A stretch of 64,000 nucleotides of DNA. Source: Candidatus Falkowbacteria bacterium. GTDB lineage: Bacteria > Patescibacteriota > Patescibacteriia > Patescibacteriales > UBA12075. Under the pieces are notes generated by a model. It searched no databases. It was given only the letters and a program-made list of their open reading frames with translations, and was not told the origin of the DNA. Numbering within the stretch: the first letter of the stretch is position 1; every line of letters begins with the position of its first letter. The DNA is taken from assembly GCA_003514005.1 (NCBI GenBank), contig DOSJ01000006.1, positions 66,281 through 130,280 of the forward strand, given 5' to 3'. This document shows, piece by piece, positions 9,376 to 18,193 of this stretch. Made by a program: the position numbers and the translations under genes.

Positions 9376-10548
9376 CTATTTTACTTTTAAAAATTCAGCA
9401 AAGCTTTCAAAAAGAGCCAAATGCCTTTCCGCGCTTTTTTCCCAAGTAAAATTTAATTTAAAATTAGCACTATTTTTCGAGAAATACAATTTTAAGTCGT
9501 TGTTTTCCAGACTTGCTTTCATAGCGCGTGCCAAAGAATTAATGTTAAAGACATCAACCATAATAGTGCCTTTACCCACAATTTCAGCCAGACTGGAACT
9601 TGTCCCGGTAATTGTCGGACAACCGCAAGCCACGGCCTCAAGTGGTGGAAATCCGAATCCTTCATAAAATGAGGGGTAAACAAATAATGCGGCGGATTCA
9701 TACAAATATTTTTTATCAACCTTATCAGCATATCCTAAAAATCGGATTTTATTTTTATTTTTCGACTCCTGCCATGCGTTTATTGTGCGGTTGCTTTTCC
9801 AACATTTAGCGCCGGCAATTATAAGCTCATAATCAAACGACGTATTTTCCCTTAGAACATCAAATGCTTTGATGATAGTTTCAATATTTTTTCGAGGCTC
9901 AATATTTCCTATGTAAAAAATATATTTTTCCGGCAAACGATATTTTTCTTTTATTTTAAATTGATTATTTTTTTCAAGCGCAATATTTTCATTAAAAGTA
10001 AAAAGGCTTTTGTCCAACCCGGAATAAATTACGCTTATTTTTTCAGATGGCACAGAACATAGTTCCATCAAATCCTGTTTTGTGTTTTCGCTGACTGCGA
10101 TTATTTTATCATATTTCTTTAACAAGGTTCTGATATTAATAGCCGAATGCCAAAGATTTTTCCGTAAAGAAAAAAATTCCGGATAACGTAAAAACGACAA
10201 GTCATGGATTGTTATTATTTTATAGCAGTCGTTTGAGAGCGAGTAAAAATTCAGATGAGGAGAAAAAAACATATCAACTCCCCCGATCGCTCTATCTATT
10301 TTTGGATAATGGAAAATCTTTTGCAAGCCATAATTAAAAATTTTATTCGGATACGCGGTTTTTATCATCCGGACATTATCCGCTTTGATAGGATTTTTCA
10401 GCTCCAAATCTTTAAAAGAATTATAATAAAGCACGTACTCATTCTTCTTATCAATATTTAATAATTCCGTAATCAGATTATAAGCATATTCTGATACGCC
10501 GCTATAATATTTATCAAACAAAACGCTGATATCAACTCCGATTTTCAT
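9376..10548 (-). CDS. glycosyltransferase family 4 (GT-B)
   Basis: C-terminal GT1/GT4 signature ALFVYPSFYEGFGFPPLEAVACGCPTI. Confidence 0.8.
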   Translation of the reverse strand: MKIGVDISVLFDKYYSGVSEYAYNLITELLNIDKKNEYVLYYNSFKDLELKNPIKADNVRMIKTAYPNKIFNYGLQKIFHYPKIDRAIGGVDMFFSPHLNFYSLSNDCYKIITIHDLSFLRYPEFFSLRKNLWHSAINIRTLLKKYDKIIAVSENTKQDLMELCSVPSEKISVIYSGLDKSLFTFNENIALEKNNQFKIKEKYRLPEKYIFYIGNIEPRKNIETIIKAFDVLRENTSFDYELIIAGAKCWKSNRTINAWQESKNKNKIRFLGYADKVDKKYLYESAALFVYPSFYEGFGFPPLEAVACGCPTITGTSSSLAEIVGKGTIMVDVFNINSLARAMKASLENNDLKLYFSKNSANFKLNFTWEKSAERHLALFESFAEFLKVK

Positions 10549-10582
10549 AAAAATTTAAGTCAATTTTAAATCAAAGGAGGGG

Positions 10583-11710
10583 CTAATCCCCTCCTTTGTG
10601 CTTTTCCCATTCTTTATTAATAAGCGCTTTTAGTTCTCTTGTAAAATTTGCCTTGGAAAACCTTAAGGCATGCTCACGGATTTTTTCCGGATGCCAGCTA
10701 GCAGTGTCAAATCTTTTGATAGCATGAATAATTGAATCGGCGCTTTCTTCGTTAAAAAATATCCCAGTCTCGCCTTCAACAACGGTTTCTGTCGCTCCGC
10801 CCTGGTTAAGGGCGATTACCGGGCGGCCGGAAGCCATAGCCTCAACCATGGTAATGCCAAAGTCTTCCCGTTGCGGATTGATAAAAGCACTGCATTTACT
10901 ATAAAGCCGATTGCGCTCATCATTGCTGACGCGACCCAAAAATTCAATATTCTTATCATCTTTTGCCAATTCCTCAAGACGCTCTTTGTCAATTCCGTCA
11001 CCAAAAATTTTTAGCTTGTATTTCTTGTCGCTGTCCTGATTCAACTTTTTAAAAGCCTCAATCGCAATATCGTTTCTTTTGTACGGCACAAGGCGACAAC
11101 CGGTAAGAAAATAATCTTCTTGTTTTTCCGATATATAAAAAACATCATCTTCGATATTGGGATAAATAATTTCCGAATCTCTTTTATAGTATTTTTTAAT
11201 CCTTTTTTGTACGGTTTTTGAGTTTGCGACAAAAACATCCACACGGTCGGCGGCCAGCCGATCCCACATGCGAACATAATTCAATATTAATGAGATTATT
11301 TTCTTAAAATATTTATTATACTTAAGCTCGTTTACGTATTGATGCGTATCACTCCATAAATATCTGGTCGGCGTATGGCAATAGCAAACATGCAAAGAAT
11401 CCGGTGAAGTGATTACTCCCTTGGCAAAAGCGCTTGCGCTGGAAATAATCAAATCAAAATCGCGCAAATCACAAAACTCAATAGCCATAGGCATAAAAGG
11501 CATATACCATTTGTAGTGTCTTAGACTGCCGGGAAGCTTTTGGATTATAGATGGCCGTATATCGCTGTTTGGGAAATTCTTTTTAATATTTTCCTTATCA
11601 TAGAGCAGAGTATAAATCGGCGCCTCCGGATACATTTCCTGTAAAACTTGGAGCACTTTCTCCGCCCCACCCATCTGCGCTAGGTGATCATGAATGATTG
11701 CTACTTTCAT
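10583..11710 (-). CDS. glycosyltransferase family 4 (GT-B)
   Basis: Signature FINPQREDFGITMVEAMASGRPVIA, with an N-terminal MKVAIIHDHLAQMGGAEKV. Confidence 0.8.
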   Translation of the reverse strand: MKVAIIHDHLAQMGGAEKVLQVLQEMYPEAPIYTLLYDKENIKKNFPNSDIRPSIIQKLPGSLRHYKWYMPFMPMAIEFCDLRDFDLIISSASAFAKGVITSPDSLHVCYCHTPTRYLWSDTHQYVNELKYNKYFKKIISLILNYVRMWDRLAADRVDVFVANSKTVQKRIKKYYKRDSEIIYPNIEDDVFYISEKQEDYFLTGCRLVPYKRNDIAIEAFKKLNQDSDKKYKLKIFGDGIDKERLEELAKDDKNIEFLGRVSNDERNRLYSKCSAFINPQREDFGITMVEAMASGRPVIALNQGGATETVVEGETGIFFNEESADSIIHAIKRFDTASWHPEKIREHALRFSKANFTRELKALINKEWEKHKGGD

Positions 11711-11781
11711 ATTTTGTTTTTCTCAAAATTATGGTTCTTAGAATATTATTTGTGAATGGCAAATAAATATTTTTTTCATCT

Positions 11782-11898
11782 TGTCATTCCCGCGTAGGCG
11801 GGAATCTTGGTGAAAAAATAATCAGTTATTTTTTCACCAAGATTCCCGATCATTTAATATTTATTCCCTGCGGGGCTGAGGTGTGTCGGGAATGACAA
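11782..11898 (+). repeat. MITE-like hairpin repeat, copy 2 (type B)
   Basis: tgtcattcccgcgtaggcgggaatcttggtg ... caccaagattcccgatcatttaatatttattccctgcggggctgaggtgtgtcgggaatgacaa. Intergenic. Confidence 0.9.
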
Positions 11899-11967
11899 AT
11901 TGAAAGTTTTTTTCAAGTCTTAAATTCAATTTATTTCAGAATGTCAGATTTGCGTATGTCAGCTTAT

Positions 11968-13383
11968 TTACTCCACTTCCCTATTCCTAAAAACAGCGAG
12001 CGGTGTGCGAAGCAATATTGTCAAATCCATAATCAGCGACCAGTTTTCGATATAATATGTATCGAGCTTAACCTCTTCTTCAAAACTCAAATCGCTTCTT
12101 CCGGAAATTTGCGCCATTCCGCTTATGCCCGGCTTGATTGTAAGCACTTTTTTATGATGATGTTCATAGCGCGCTACTTCTTCCGGCAGATGCGGTCGCG
12201 GTCCGACTAGGCTCATTTTTCCGGTAAATACCAAAAATAATTCTGGAAGCTCATCAATGCTGAAACGACGGATAAAACGGCCAAAGCGCGTTACACGCGG
12301 GTCGTCTTTTATCTTTACCATCGGACCGTCGCCGCGCGTATTGCGATCTGCCAATTCATTATAACGCATACTGTCCGATTTTATTATCATAGAACGGAAT
12401 TTGAAATAATGAAAGAGCTTACCGCCTTGGCCAACGCGGTACAAAAGCGAATCATCGTCTTTGCGCGAAAAAAATACCGGACCCTTTGAATCGATTTTTA
12501 TTATCAAAGCCGTAAGCCCAAGCAAAGGACTTAAAATAATTATCAAAATTGCTGAAAAAATCAAATCAAATATTCTTTTTACGATCCGACCCCAACCGTC
12601 CAGCGGAGTTTTTTTCACCTCAACAATCGGTATACCGGCAATCTCGTTCACCTCTGTTTTTAGGACTTTTGTATCCAAAAGATCAGCAGCGTATTTGAAT
12701 GTCAGATGATGCTCGTCGGCAAAATCATAAAGCCGGATAGTTTCCGCCTTGCTCATATTCGGATCGCTTTGAATAATCTCATCTATTTCTTTGATCTTGA
12801 TAAAACTTTCAAGCTCTTGCGCCGATTCGATGCTAAAATCACGCAAACGCTTTTCAACCTTGTAGCCCGAGCTTTTACTGGAAGAAAATTCATATATCAA
12901 GGTATCAACGGTCTTGCTATTGCCGATCAGTACAACCTTGTGGACTCCGATATCTTTTTTGTAAAGCGCGCGCTGGATAAAACGGATGATACTGCGGGCA
13001 AGGCTAATATAAATTATCGCCAAAACCAATCCGGCCAAAACAATAAAACGCGAATCAAACAATTCGCGCTGGATAAAAATAATCACAACAATAAGCATAA
13101 ATCCGGTCGAGCAAGCAAGCACGACGCGGTAAATCTCTTTGGCAAGCGTGCGGGCGTTTTTTATGCTGTATAATCCGGCAAGCGCAAACACGATTATCCA
13201 AATAAATCCGATGATCGCCAGAGCATTAAAATAACCGCCAAACTTCAGATCAAAAATAACCGGACGAAATGACTGGAAAAACTCAGCATAACGAATATAG
13301 TATGCCGAAACACCGGCCAGAATTATCATCAAATAATCCAAGGGTACCAATAAAAAAGAAAAAAATAATTCACTTCGTTTCAT
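11968..13383 (-). CDS. polyprenyl glycosylphosphotransferase (WbaP/sugar transferase family)
   Basis: N-terminal TM helices plus the C-terminal bacterial sugar transferase domain (KRIFDLIFSAILIIILSPLL...GPVFFSR...DELPELFLVFTGKMSLVGPRP). Confidence 0.85.
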   Translation of the reverse strand: MKRSELFFSFLLVPLDYLMIILAGVSAYYIRYAEFFQSFRPVIFDLKFGGYFNALAIIGFIWIIVFALAGLYSIKNARTLAKEIYRVVLACSTGFMLIVVIIFIQRELFDSRFIVLAGLVLAIIYISLARSIIRFIQRALYKKDIGVHKVVLIGNSKTVDTLIYEFSSSKSSGYKVEKRLRDFSIESAQELESFIKIKEIDEIIQSDPNMSKAETIRLYDFADEHHLTFKYAADLLDTKVLKTEVNEIAGIPIVEVKKTPLDGWGRIVKRIFDLIFSAILIIILSPLLGLTALIIKIDSKGPVFFSRKDDDSLLYRVGQGGKLFHYFKFRSMIIKSDSMRYNELADRNTRGDGPMVKIKDDPRVTRFGRFIRRFSIDELPELFLVFTGKMSLVGPRPHLPEEVARYEHHHKKVLTIKPGISGMAQISGRSDLSFEEEVKLDTYYIENWSLIMDLTILLRTPLAVFRNREVE

Positions 13384-13402
13384 AAAAGAAAATTAAAAGT
13401 TT

Positions 13403-13497
13403 AAATCTCAAAATTCAAAATGACAATTGAAAATGTAAAATTAATTTTTTTTATTATTAATTTTTCATTTTGAGACTTGCATTTTGCATTTTTATCA
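13403..13497. repeat. AT-rich imperfect long hairpin, related to 61055..61153
   Basis: aaatctcaaaattcaaaatgacaat matches the reverse complement of 61120-61150. Internal pairs tctcaaaat/attttgaga and aaaattaat/attaatttt. Confidence 0.7.
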
Positions 13498-13501
13498 ATA
13501 G

Positions 13502-14058
13502 TATCAAGGCAAGCTATAAGCCGGATTCTGTTCCCATAAAAACACTGCGTGTTCACGGGAGGCAATCATTTATCTAGCCCTAAAATTGCTTCTAGGGTCA
13601 TGCGAGCCACTTTTTTCCATCTTCACCTTGCATCCTGCTAACTCAGCCTTTTGGGCCTTGTCCACCGAAGCTTTAGCGTAGGTGGATTTGCTCTTGCTTT
13701 AGGCAGGGTTTACCACGTACACTCTGTCACCAGAGGACGACGCTTGTAGCCTTTTATCTCGAGAACAAAAAACACCAAGCGTCTTTTCACCTTTCCCCCG
13801 CTCCTCGAAAGAAACGAAGTAGTATTGTCTCTGTGGCACTTTCCCTCGCTTTAACTAAAAAATCTTTAAACAAAACCTAAATTGTAAAACAAATTTACAT
13901 TCGGGCCTGCCCGCCGAAGCTTTAGCGTATGGCGGGTGGGCGTTACCCACTGCCGCTTTCCTCGCGTGGGAAGCAAAGCTTCTCTACGCGGTTCAAAGTC
14001 CGGACTTTCCTCCCCTATTCAATAAAAAATAAGAGCGATCACCCGCTTACCTTGATAT
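13502..14058 (-). ncRNA. rnpB: RNase P RNA (bacterial type A-like), unusually long (~557 nt)
   Basis: Minus strand reads GGAGGAAAGUCCGG (14000-14013), GGGUAACGCC, GGGAAAGUGCCACAGAGAC and ACAGAAUCCGGCUUAU (13516-13531). P1 pairing: UAUCAAGGUAAGC with GCUUGCCUUGAUA. Confidence 0.9.
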
Positions 14059-14437
14059 TATTGATAAAAAATTCAATTTAAATAAGACAACTAAATATCA
14101 TTGTCCTTACTGTTTACACTAACATAATGGGCGCTAAAAGTCAATTTTGAATTATAGGTAAAACCGTTCAAAGTTTACCTCATTTAAATATCTTTACTTG
14201 CAAGTCTTAACAATTCCTTGTTATAATGCAAGTAACTAGTGATTGTTTTTTGCCAATTTTAAAAACTCGAATTTTCCGTTCTAATTATTTCTTCAGATTC
14301 TTATTCGACATAATTATTTTCTTCGTATAAATGTTTTTTACTAGGAATTATTATATTATTATTTAGCTAATTTTTAATAAAAAATAACTCACTATTTTGC
14401 ATATTAGGACTAATCAAAGCTAATATATCTACTTCTA

Positions 14438-14902
14438 ATGGAAAAGTACTTCGAAAAAATTCAAAACCTTTCTTTTATTCCCACTAAAGAAAAACTAAAG
14501 TGGGATGATAACACGATTGGCGATCAGTTTGTTTTTAAATTTCCAGATGGCAGTACAAGAGAACATGGTGAGGCACAGATTATTTATGAAACCATTGATG
14601 AAATCGATAAATCTGATATTCAGAGCATACTCTTCAAAAACGGTCTTCAATCAAAAGATATTATAGCTCACTTGAATCAGTTTTATCCTAACGGACATGG
14701 ACCAGATGAAAAAACAGAAGAAAACATGAAAAAAGGTATAGGTTCAGAAGTATTAGAGTATCTTATGCAAGAAGCAATTAGTCAGGGAGCCAAGGCTATG
14801 CGTACTTTTACAGGCAATGAATCTATGCGAAGATTTTTAACCAAAAAAGGTTTTGAGGCTATTGATAAATCAAAGCATAGATGGTTTAAAATGTTAACAT
14901 AA
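14438..14902 (+). CDS. hypothetical protein with GNAT-like acetyltransferase C-terminal motif
   Basis: KKGIGSEVLEYLMQEAISQGAKAM...FLTKKGFE resembles GNAT motif A. No SD. Confidence 0.4.
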   Translation: MEKYFEKIQNLSFIPTKEKLKWDDNTIGDQFVFKFPDGSTREHGEAQIIYETIDEIDKSDIQSILFKNGLQSKDIIAHLNQFYPNGHGPDEKTEENMKKGIGSEVLEYLMQEAISQGAKAMRTFTGNESMRRFLTKKGFEAIDKSKHRWFKMLT

Positions 14903-15026
14903 ATTATTAATTTACAGTCATCGACCTAAATTTTTGGATATAGAATAATTATAAAAAAGTATTCCAAATAATTCTAATATCAAAAACATTAAGTGAAATC
15001 AAAAAATAAAAATAATTATTTATTCC

Positions 15027-15248
15027 ATGAAACTAGGCAAATATAAATATTATAAAGGCAATTTTTACGAAGTTATCGGTGTGGCACATCACAGCGAAAC
15101 TTTAGAAGAATTAGCTGTTTATCGCGCTTTGTATAATCATGAAGTTTATGGTGATAACTCGCTTTGGGTTAGACCCATGGAGATGTTTAATGAAACCGTG
15201 GTTGTCGACGGGAAAGAAGTATTGCGATTCACCCTGATTAGTAATTAA
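15027..15248 (+). CDS. DUF1653-family small protein
   Basis: YKYYKGNFYEVIGVAHHSETLEELAVYRALY...LWVRPMEMF matches the DUF1653 pattern as I recall it. Confidence 0.7.
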   Translation: MKLGKYKYYKGNFYEVIGVAHHSETLEELAVYRALYNHEVYGDNSLWVRPMEMFNETVVVDGKEVLRFTLISN

Positions 15249-15352
15249 TTTTTTTACATTATTCAACCAATTATATATCCGTCTCCACCAAACACGAAAT
15301 AATTATTTTTAGAAAGCTCATTTTAATCTACAACCAACAATGGAGGTGGGAA

Positions 15353-15490
15353 ATGGAAAACGAAAAGAGTAACAAAATAAAAGAAGAAGTGTCGTCAAAA
15401 CGCACGCCAACAAACGAAAAAGAATTGGTAAAAGAATGGACCATTGATGACTTTGTGCTTGATGATGGTCCAGACGAAGATGATTATTAA
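15353..15490 (+). CDS. acidic 45-aa hypothetical protein
   Basis: Hand-found ORF MENEKSNKIKEEVSSKRTPTNEKELVKEWTIDDFVLDDGPDEDDY. GGAGGTGGG SD within ~10 nt upstream of the ATG (GGAGG core 6 nt from it). Followed by the hairpin gggggatactttcatccccc. Confidence 0.45.
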   Translation: MENEKSNKIKEEVSSKRTPTNEKELVKEWTIDDFVLDDGPDEDDY

Positions 15491-15676
15491 CAAACTTTTC
15501 GCTTTACAGGGGGATACTTTCATCCCCCGCTTTCTATAAATAATTATTTTGCAGGCTCCACCCATATTTTATCATTTTACCAAAAAGAAAAGGCTATTAT
15601 CTATATGAGACAATAGCCATGTTTTATAGGATGCTGATGAGCATTCAGCAAAGTTAAAATGAACAATTGTTTGAGT

Positions 15677-15752
15677 TGGCTCCTCGACTCGGACTTGAAC
15701 CGAGAACCAAGAGGTTAACGGCCTCTCACTCTGCCAATTGAGCTATCGAGGA
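15677..15752 (-). tRNA. tRNA-Asn (GTT), CCA encoded
   Basis: Manual cloverleaf: acceptor TCCTCGA/TCGAGGA, D GCTC/GAGT, anticodon stem AGAGG/CCTCT with loop CCGTTAA, T arm CTCGG-TTCAAGT-CCGAG, discriminator G, then CCA. Confidence 0.85.
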
Positions 15753-15932
15753 GCAACTTGTGTTATATTAACAAAATATTAAAATCTGTCAACCCCCTTA
15801 CTTCTTTCATGTTATTGCTGATATAAAAAATTAAGTAACTAAATTTTTGTAAATATACTTTTTTTCAAAATAAAATGAGCCCCATACGATTAATTTTTTA
15901 CGTACGAAGGCTCAGTTGCTAAAAAATTTGAA

Positions 15933-16196
15933 TTATTCACCAAAAAAATCTTTGACCATCTGTTCGGTTATATCATACTCATCCCAGTCTTCACGAGGGA
16001 TAACTTCTACTTCCTGGTTGGGAAAAATCGCTTCGGTACCTGGTTCTGATGATCGTTGAATTTTTCCGTCCCGGACCGGAAAAGGAAAAGACCATTCTCC
16101 ATGTTCGCAAGCAAAAAATAATTTTTTTTCGCCACAGTCATCTAGAAGAAAAAAGCCGTTCTGAAGTTTTCCAAATCTCATTTTAATTAATGCCAT
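15933..16196 (-). CDS. hypothetical 87-aa protein
   Basis: AAAAGGAGAAAAG SD 5-8 nt upstream. Hairpin terminator downstream (tgagcc...ggctca + T-run). No recognisable family. Confidence 0.55.
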   Translation of the reverse strand: MALIKMRFGKLQNGFFLLDDCGEKKLFFACEHGEWSFPFPVRDGKIQRSSEPGTEAIFPNQEVEVIPREDWDEYDITEQMVKDFFGE

Positions 16197-16410
16197 TATA
16201 CTTTTCTCCTTTTAAAAAGATTATGAAATAAGTTCAAAATAAATAAAAATAACAAACATTTTTTCCGAATTTAATCAATTGATTATGCTAATTTAGCAAA
16301 GGCAGTAGCTTCTGTCAAGTACTAGAATCAATTATCATGTTAATAAACAATCACATTTTTTCTGCTGTTCTTAATTTTATATCAAAAAAATCAAAAATAT
16401 ATTTTTTGTA

Positions 16411-16439
16411 TTTACAAAACATTAGTTCAATGATAAAAT
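16411..16439 (+). promoter_or_regulatory. sigma70-like promoter candidate for the small-protein operon
   Basis: TTTACA, 17 nt spacer, TAAAAT. About 55 nt upstream of the 16496 ATG. Confidence 0.45.
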
Positions 16440-16495
16440 CAAAATATCATTTATTTATCGTTCATTAATAATAACTAGATAATAAGGAGAATTAA

Positions 16496-16711
16496 ATGGA
16501 CTCAACAAACTCTGAAACCGGAAAAAAAATTTTTCAGGACTTGCTTGAAAGCGGAAGATGTTATGATACAGAACTTAAACCACTGCCATCCGAAACAATA
16601 AACCGCTTCAAAGAATTAATTAAACAATCAAAAGAATCAGCCAGGAGAGGGCGGTTTTTTAAAAAAAACTGTACAATTCAATTTGGCGAACAGACAAAAA
16701 AGGAGGATTAA
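16496..16711 (+). CDS. small charged two-Cys protein, paralog A (71 aa)
   Basis: AAGGAGA SD. Shares KIFQDL-SG-C ... SKE..RRG..F.K.CT..FG...KKE with the next ORF. Confidence 0.6.
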   Translation: MDSTNSETGKKIFQDLLESGRCYDTELKPLPSETINRFKELIKQSKESARRGRFFKKNCTIQFGEQTKKED

Positions 16712-16936
16712 ATGGACACAACAGACCCTAAAACCGGTAAAAGGCACAAAATATTTCAAGACTTAATTGATTCAGGAAAATGTGTTGAAAGAATACGCAG
16801 TCCGCTTTCCCCCGAAGAATTGGCGTACCTTGCTCGATTAGCAGAAGAATCAAAAGAAATGATTAGAAGAGGAGAAATTTTTAGAAAAACCTGCACAATG
16901 AAATTTGGAGGTTCGGATAAGAAGGAGGAATTATGA
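16712..16936 (+). CDS. small charged two-Cys protein, paralog B (74 aa)
   Basis: AAGGAGGA SD embedded in the last codons of paralog A, and the ATG abuts the upstream TAA. Roughly 45% identity to paralog A by eye. Confidence 0.6.
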   Translation: MDTTDPKTGKRHKIFQDLIDSGKCVERIRSPLSPEELAYLARLAEESKEMIRRGEIFRKTCTMKFGGSDKKEEL

Positions 16937-17061
16937 ATGAAACATTGAGCCAAACAGAAAATATTTTAACTTTACTTATTCCTTTTGTCTATTCCGCCGT
17001 GATTATTGTATTATATTTAATACAAACATACATCGAAGAAAGATATAATATTGACAAATAA
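16933..17061 (+). CDS. 42-aa single-TM mini-protein
   Basis: Hand-found ORF MNETLSQTENILTLLIPFVYSAVIIVLYLIQTYIEERYNIDK. GAAGGAGGA SD. ATGA overlap with the paralog B stop. Followed by a terminator. Confidence 0.5.
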   Translation: MNETLSQTENILTLLIPFVYSAVIIVLYLIQTYIEERYNIDK

Positions 17062-17075
17062 AAAAACGCATAAAA

Positions 17076-17107
17076 AAACCGACCCTCAAAAAGTCGGTTT
17101 ATTTTTT
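17076..17107. terminator. bidirectional intrinsic terminator
   Basis: aaaccgac-cctcaaaaa-gtcggttt with an A-run before and a T-run after. Lies between the convergent small-protein operon and ftsX. Confidence 0.75.
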
Positions 17108-17115
17108 GCAAAAAT

Positions 17116-18051
17116 TTATACCCGCGAATACTTCCTGACCGCTATCAAACTCGCAACGATATTGATAAGGGCGGCGGCCAGGAATTGGAGTCCGAAAATA
17201 TTGAATGCGTTGCCGTAGAAATAGGTTATCAGATTTATATTGTAACCGACAAAAAAGGTTTCCAGATATGGCTGAAGCAAGCTTAGGAATGGATAAAAAA
17301 TAACCATGATAGCGAGCACGCCGAAAAGCGTGTAAATAATGCTTGAAACCAGGTATGGCATTTGGATAAAATAATTGGATGCGCCGACCAGCTTCATGAT
17401 GGAAATTTGACGACGGTGTGTGTAGATTGCGACGCGGACGGAATTGTATATGACAAGCATTGTGATAAAAACGAAAATCGAGCTAAGCATCAAACCGGCA
17501 TCGGTTACTTTCTTTGTGATGTTGTTGATTTTTCCCAGCAGAGTTTTGTAGTTGGTAAAATTGCGCGACTCGATTATTTCACTGTCATAAGCGTTCAGCT
17601 TATTGATCAAATTATCAAACACGTCCAGATTAACCGGCTTAATAACCATTGTCGGGGTCAAGGGATTGATATTCAGCTCGCGCAAAGCACCAAGTATTTC
17701 TTGGTTCTCTTTGTGTTTTTCCGTAAAATTTTTCAAAGCGGCCTCTTTTGAAACATAAGTAACTTCTTTGACTTCGCTTAGCTCGGAAATCTTGGCTTTC
17801 AGCGCCAAAATTTCTTCTTCTTTCGCGTCTGTTTTTAGATAAAGATTAATATCAATCTTGTCATGCACAGCGCCAACAGCGGTTTCGCCGACTACACTTA
17901 CTACCAAAAGCATATTCACGGTGAACAAGGCAAGAATCAAAATGATTATCGTAACCAAAGACAGCCAGATATTACGAAAAATATCTTGAAAACTAAATTT
18001 GATTATTCTTGCGAAAGATAGAAACATATTTTTAATTAAAAATTTTGTCAT
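17116..18051 (-). CDS. ftsX: cell division permease-like protein FtsX
   Basis: 4-TM FtsX topology with a large extracytoplasmic loop, adjacent to ftsE. The called ATG lies inside the repeat at 18046-18182, so the Met 8 codons downstream (MFLSFARI) is an alternative start. Confidence 0.85.
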   Translation of the reverse strand: MTKFLIKNMFLSFARIIKFSFQDIFRNIWLSLVTIIILILALFTVNMLLVVSVVGETAVGAVHDKIDINLYLKTDAKEEEILALKAKISELSEVKEVTYVSKEAALKNFTEKHKENQEILGALRELNINPLTPTMVIKPVNLDVFDNLINKLNAYDSEIIESRNFTNYKTLLGKINNITKKVTDAGLMLSSIFVFITMLVIYNSVRVAIYTHRRQISIMKLVGASNYFIQMPYLVSSIIYTLFGVLAIMVIFYPFLSLLQPYLETFFVGYNINLITYFYGNAFNIFGLQFLAAALINIVASLIAVRKYSRV

Positions 18052-18182
18052 TCCCGCGAAGGCGGGAATCTTGGTTAAAAAATAAACAAATTATTTTACT
18101 ATAACATTCATTTTAAGAGCATTTTTATTATCCTCAATCGCCTATCTTTTCACCAAGATTCCCGCCTTCGCGGGAATGACAA
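18046..18182 (+). repeat. MITE-like hairpin repeat, copy 3 (type A, full terminal inverted repeats)
   Basis: tgtcattcccgcgaaggcgggaatcttggt ... caccaagattcccgccttcgcgggaatgacaa. Fills the ftsE-ftsX intergenic gap. Confidence 0.9.
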
Positions 18183-18193
18183 GAGGATTGTTC

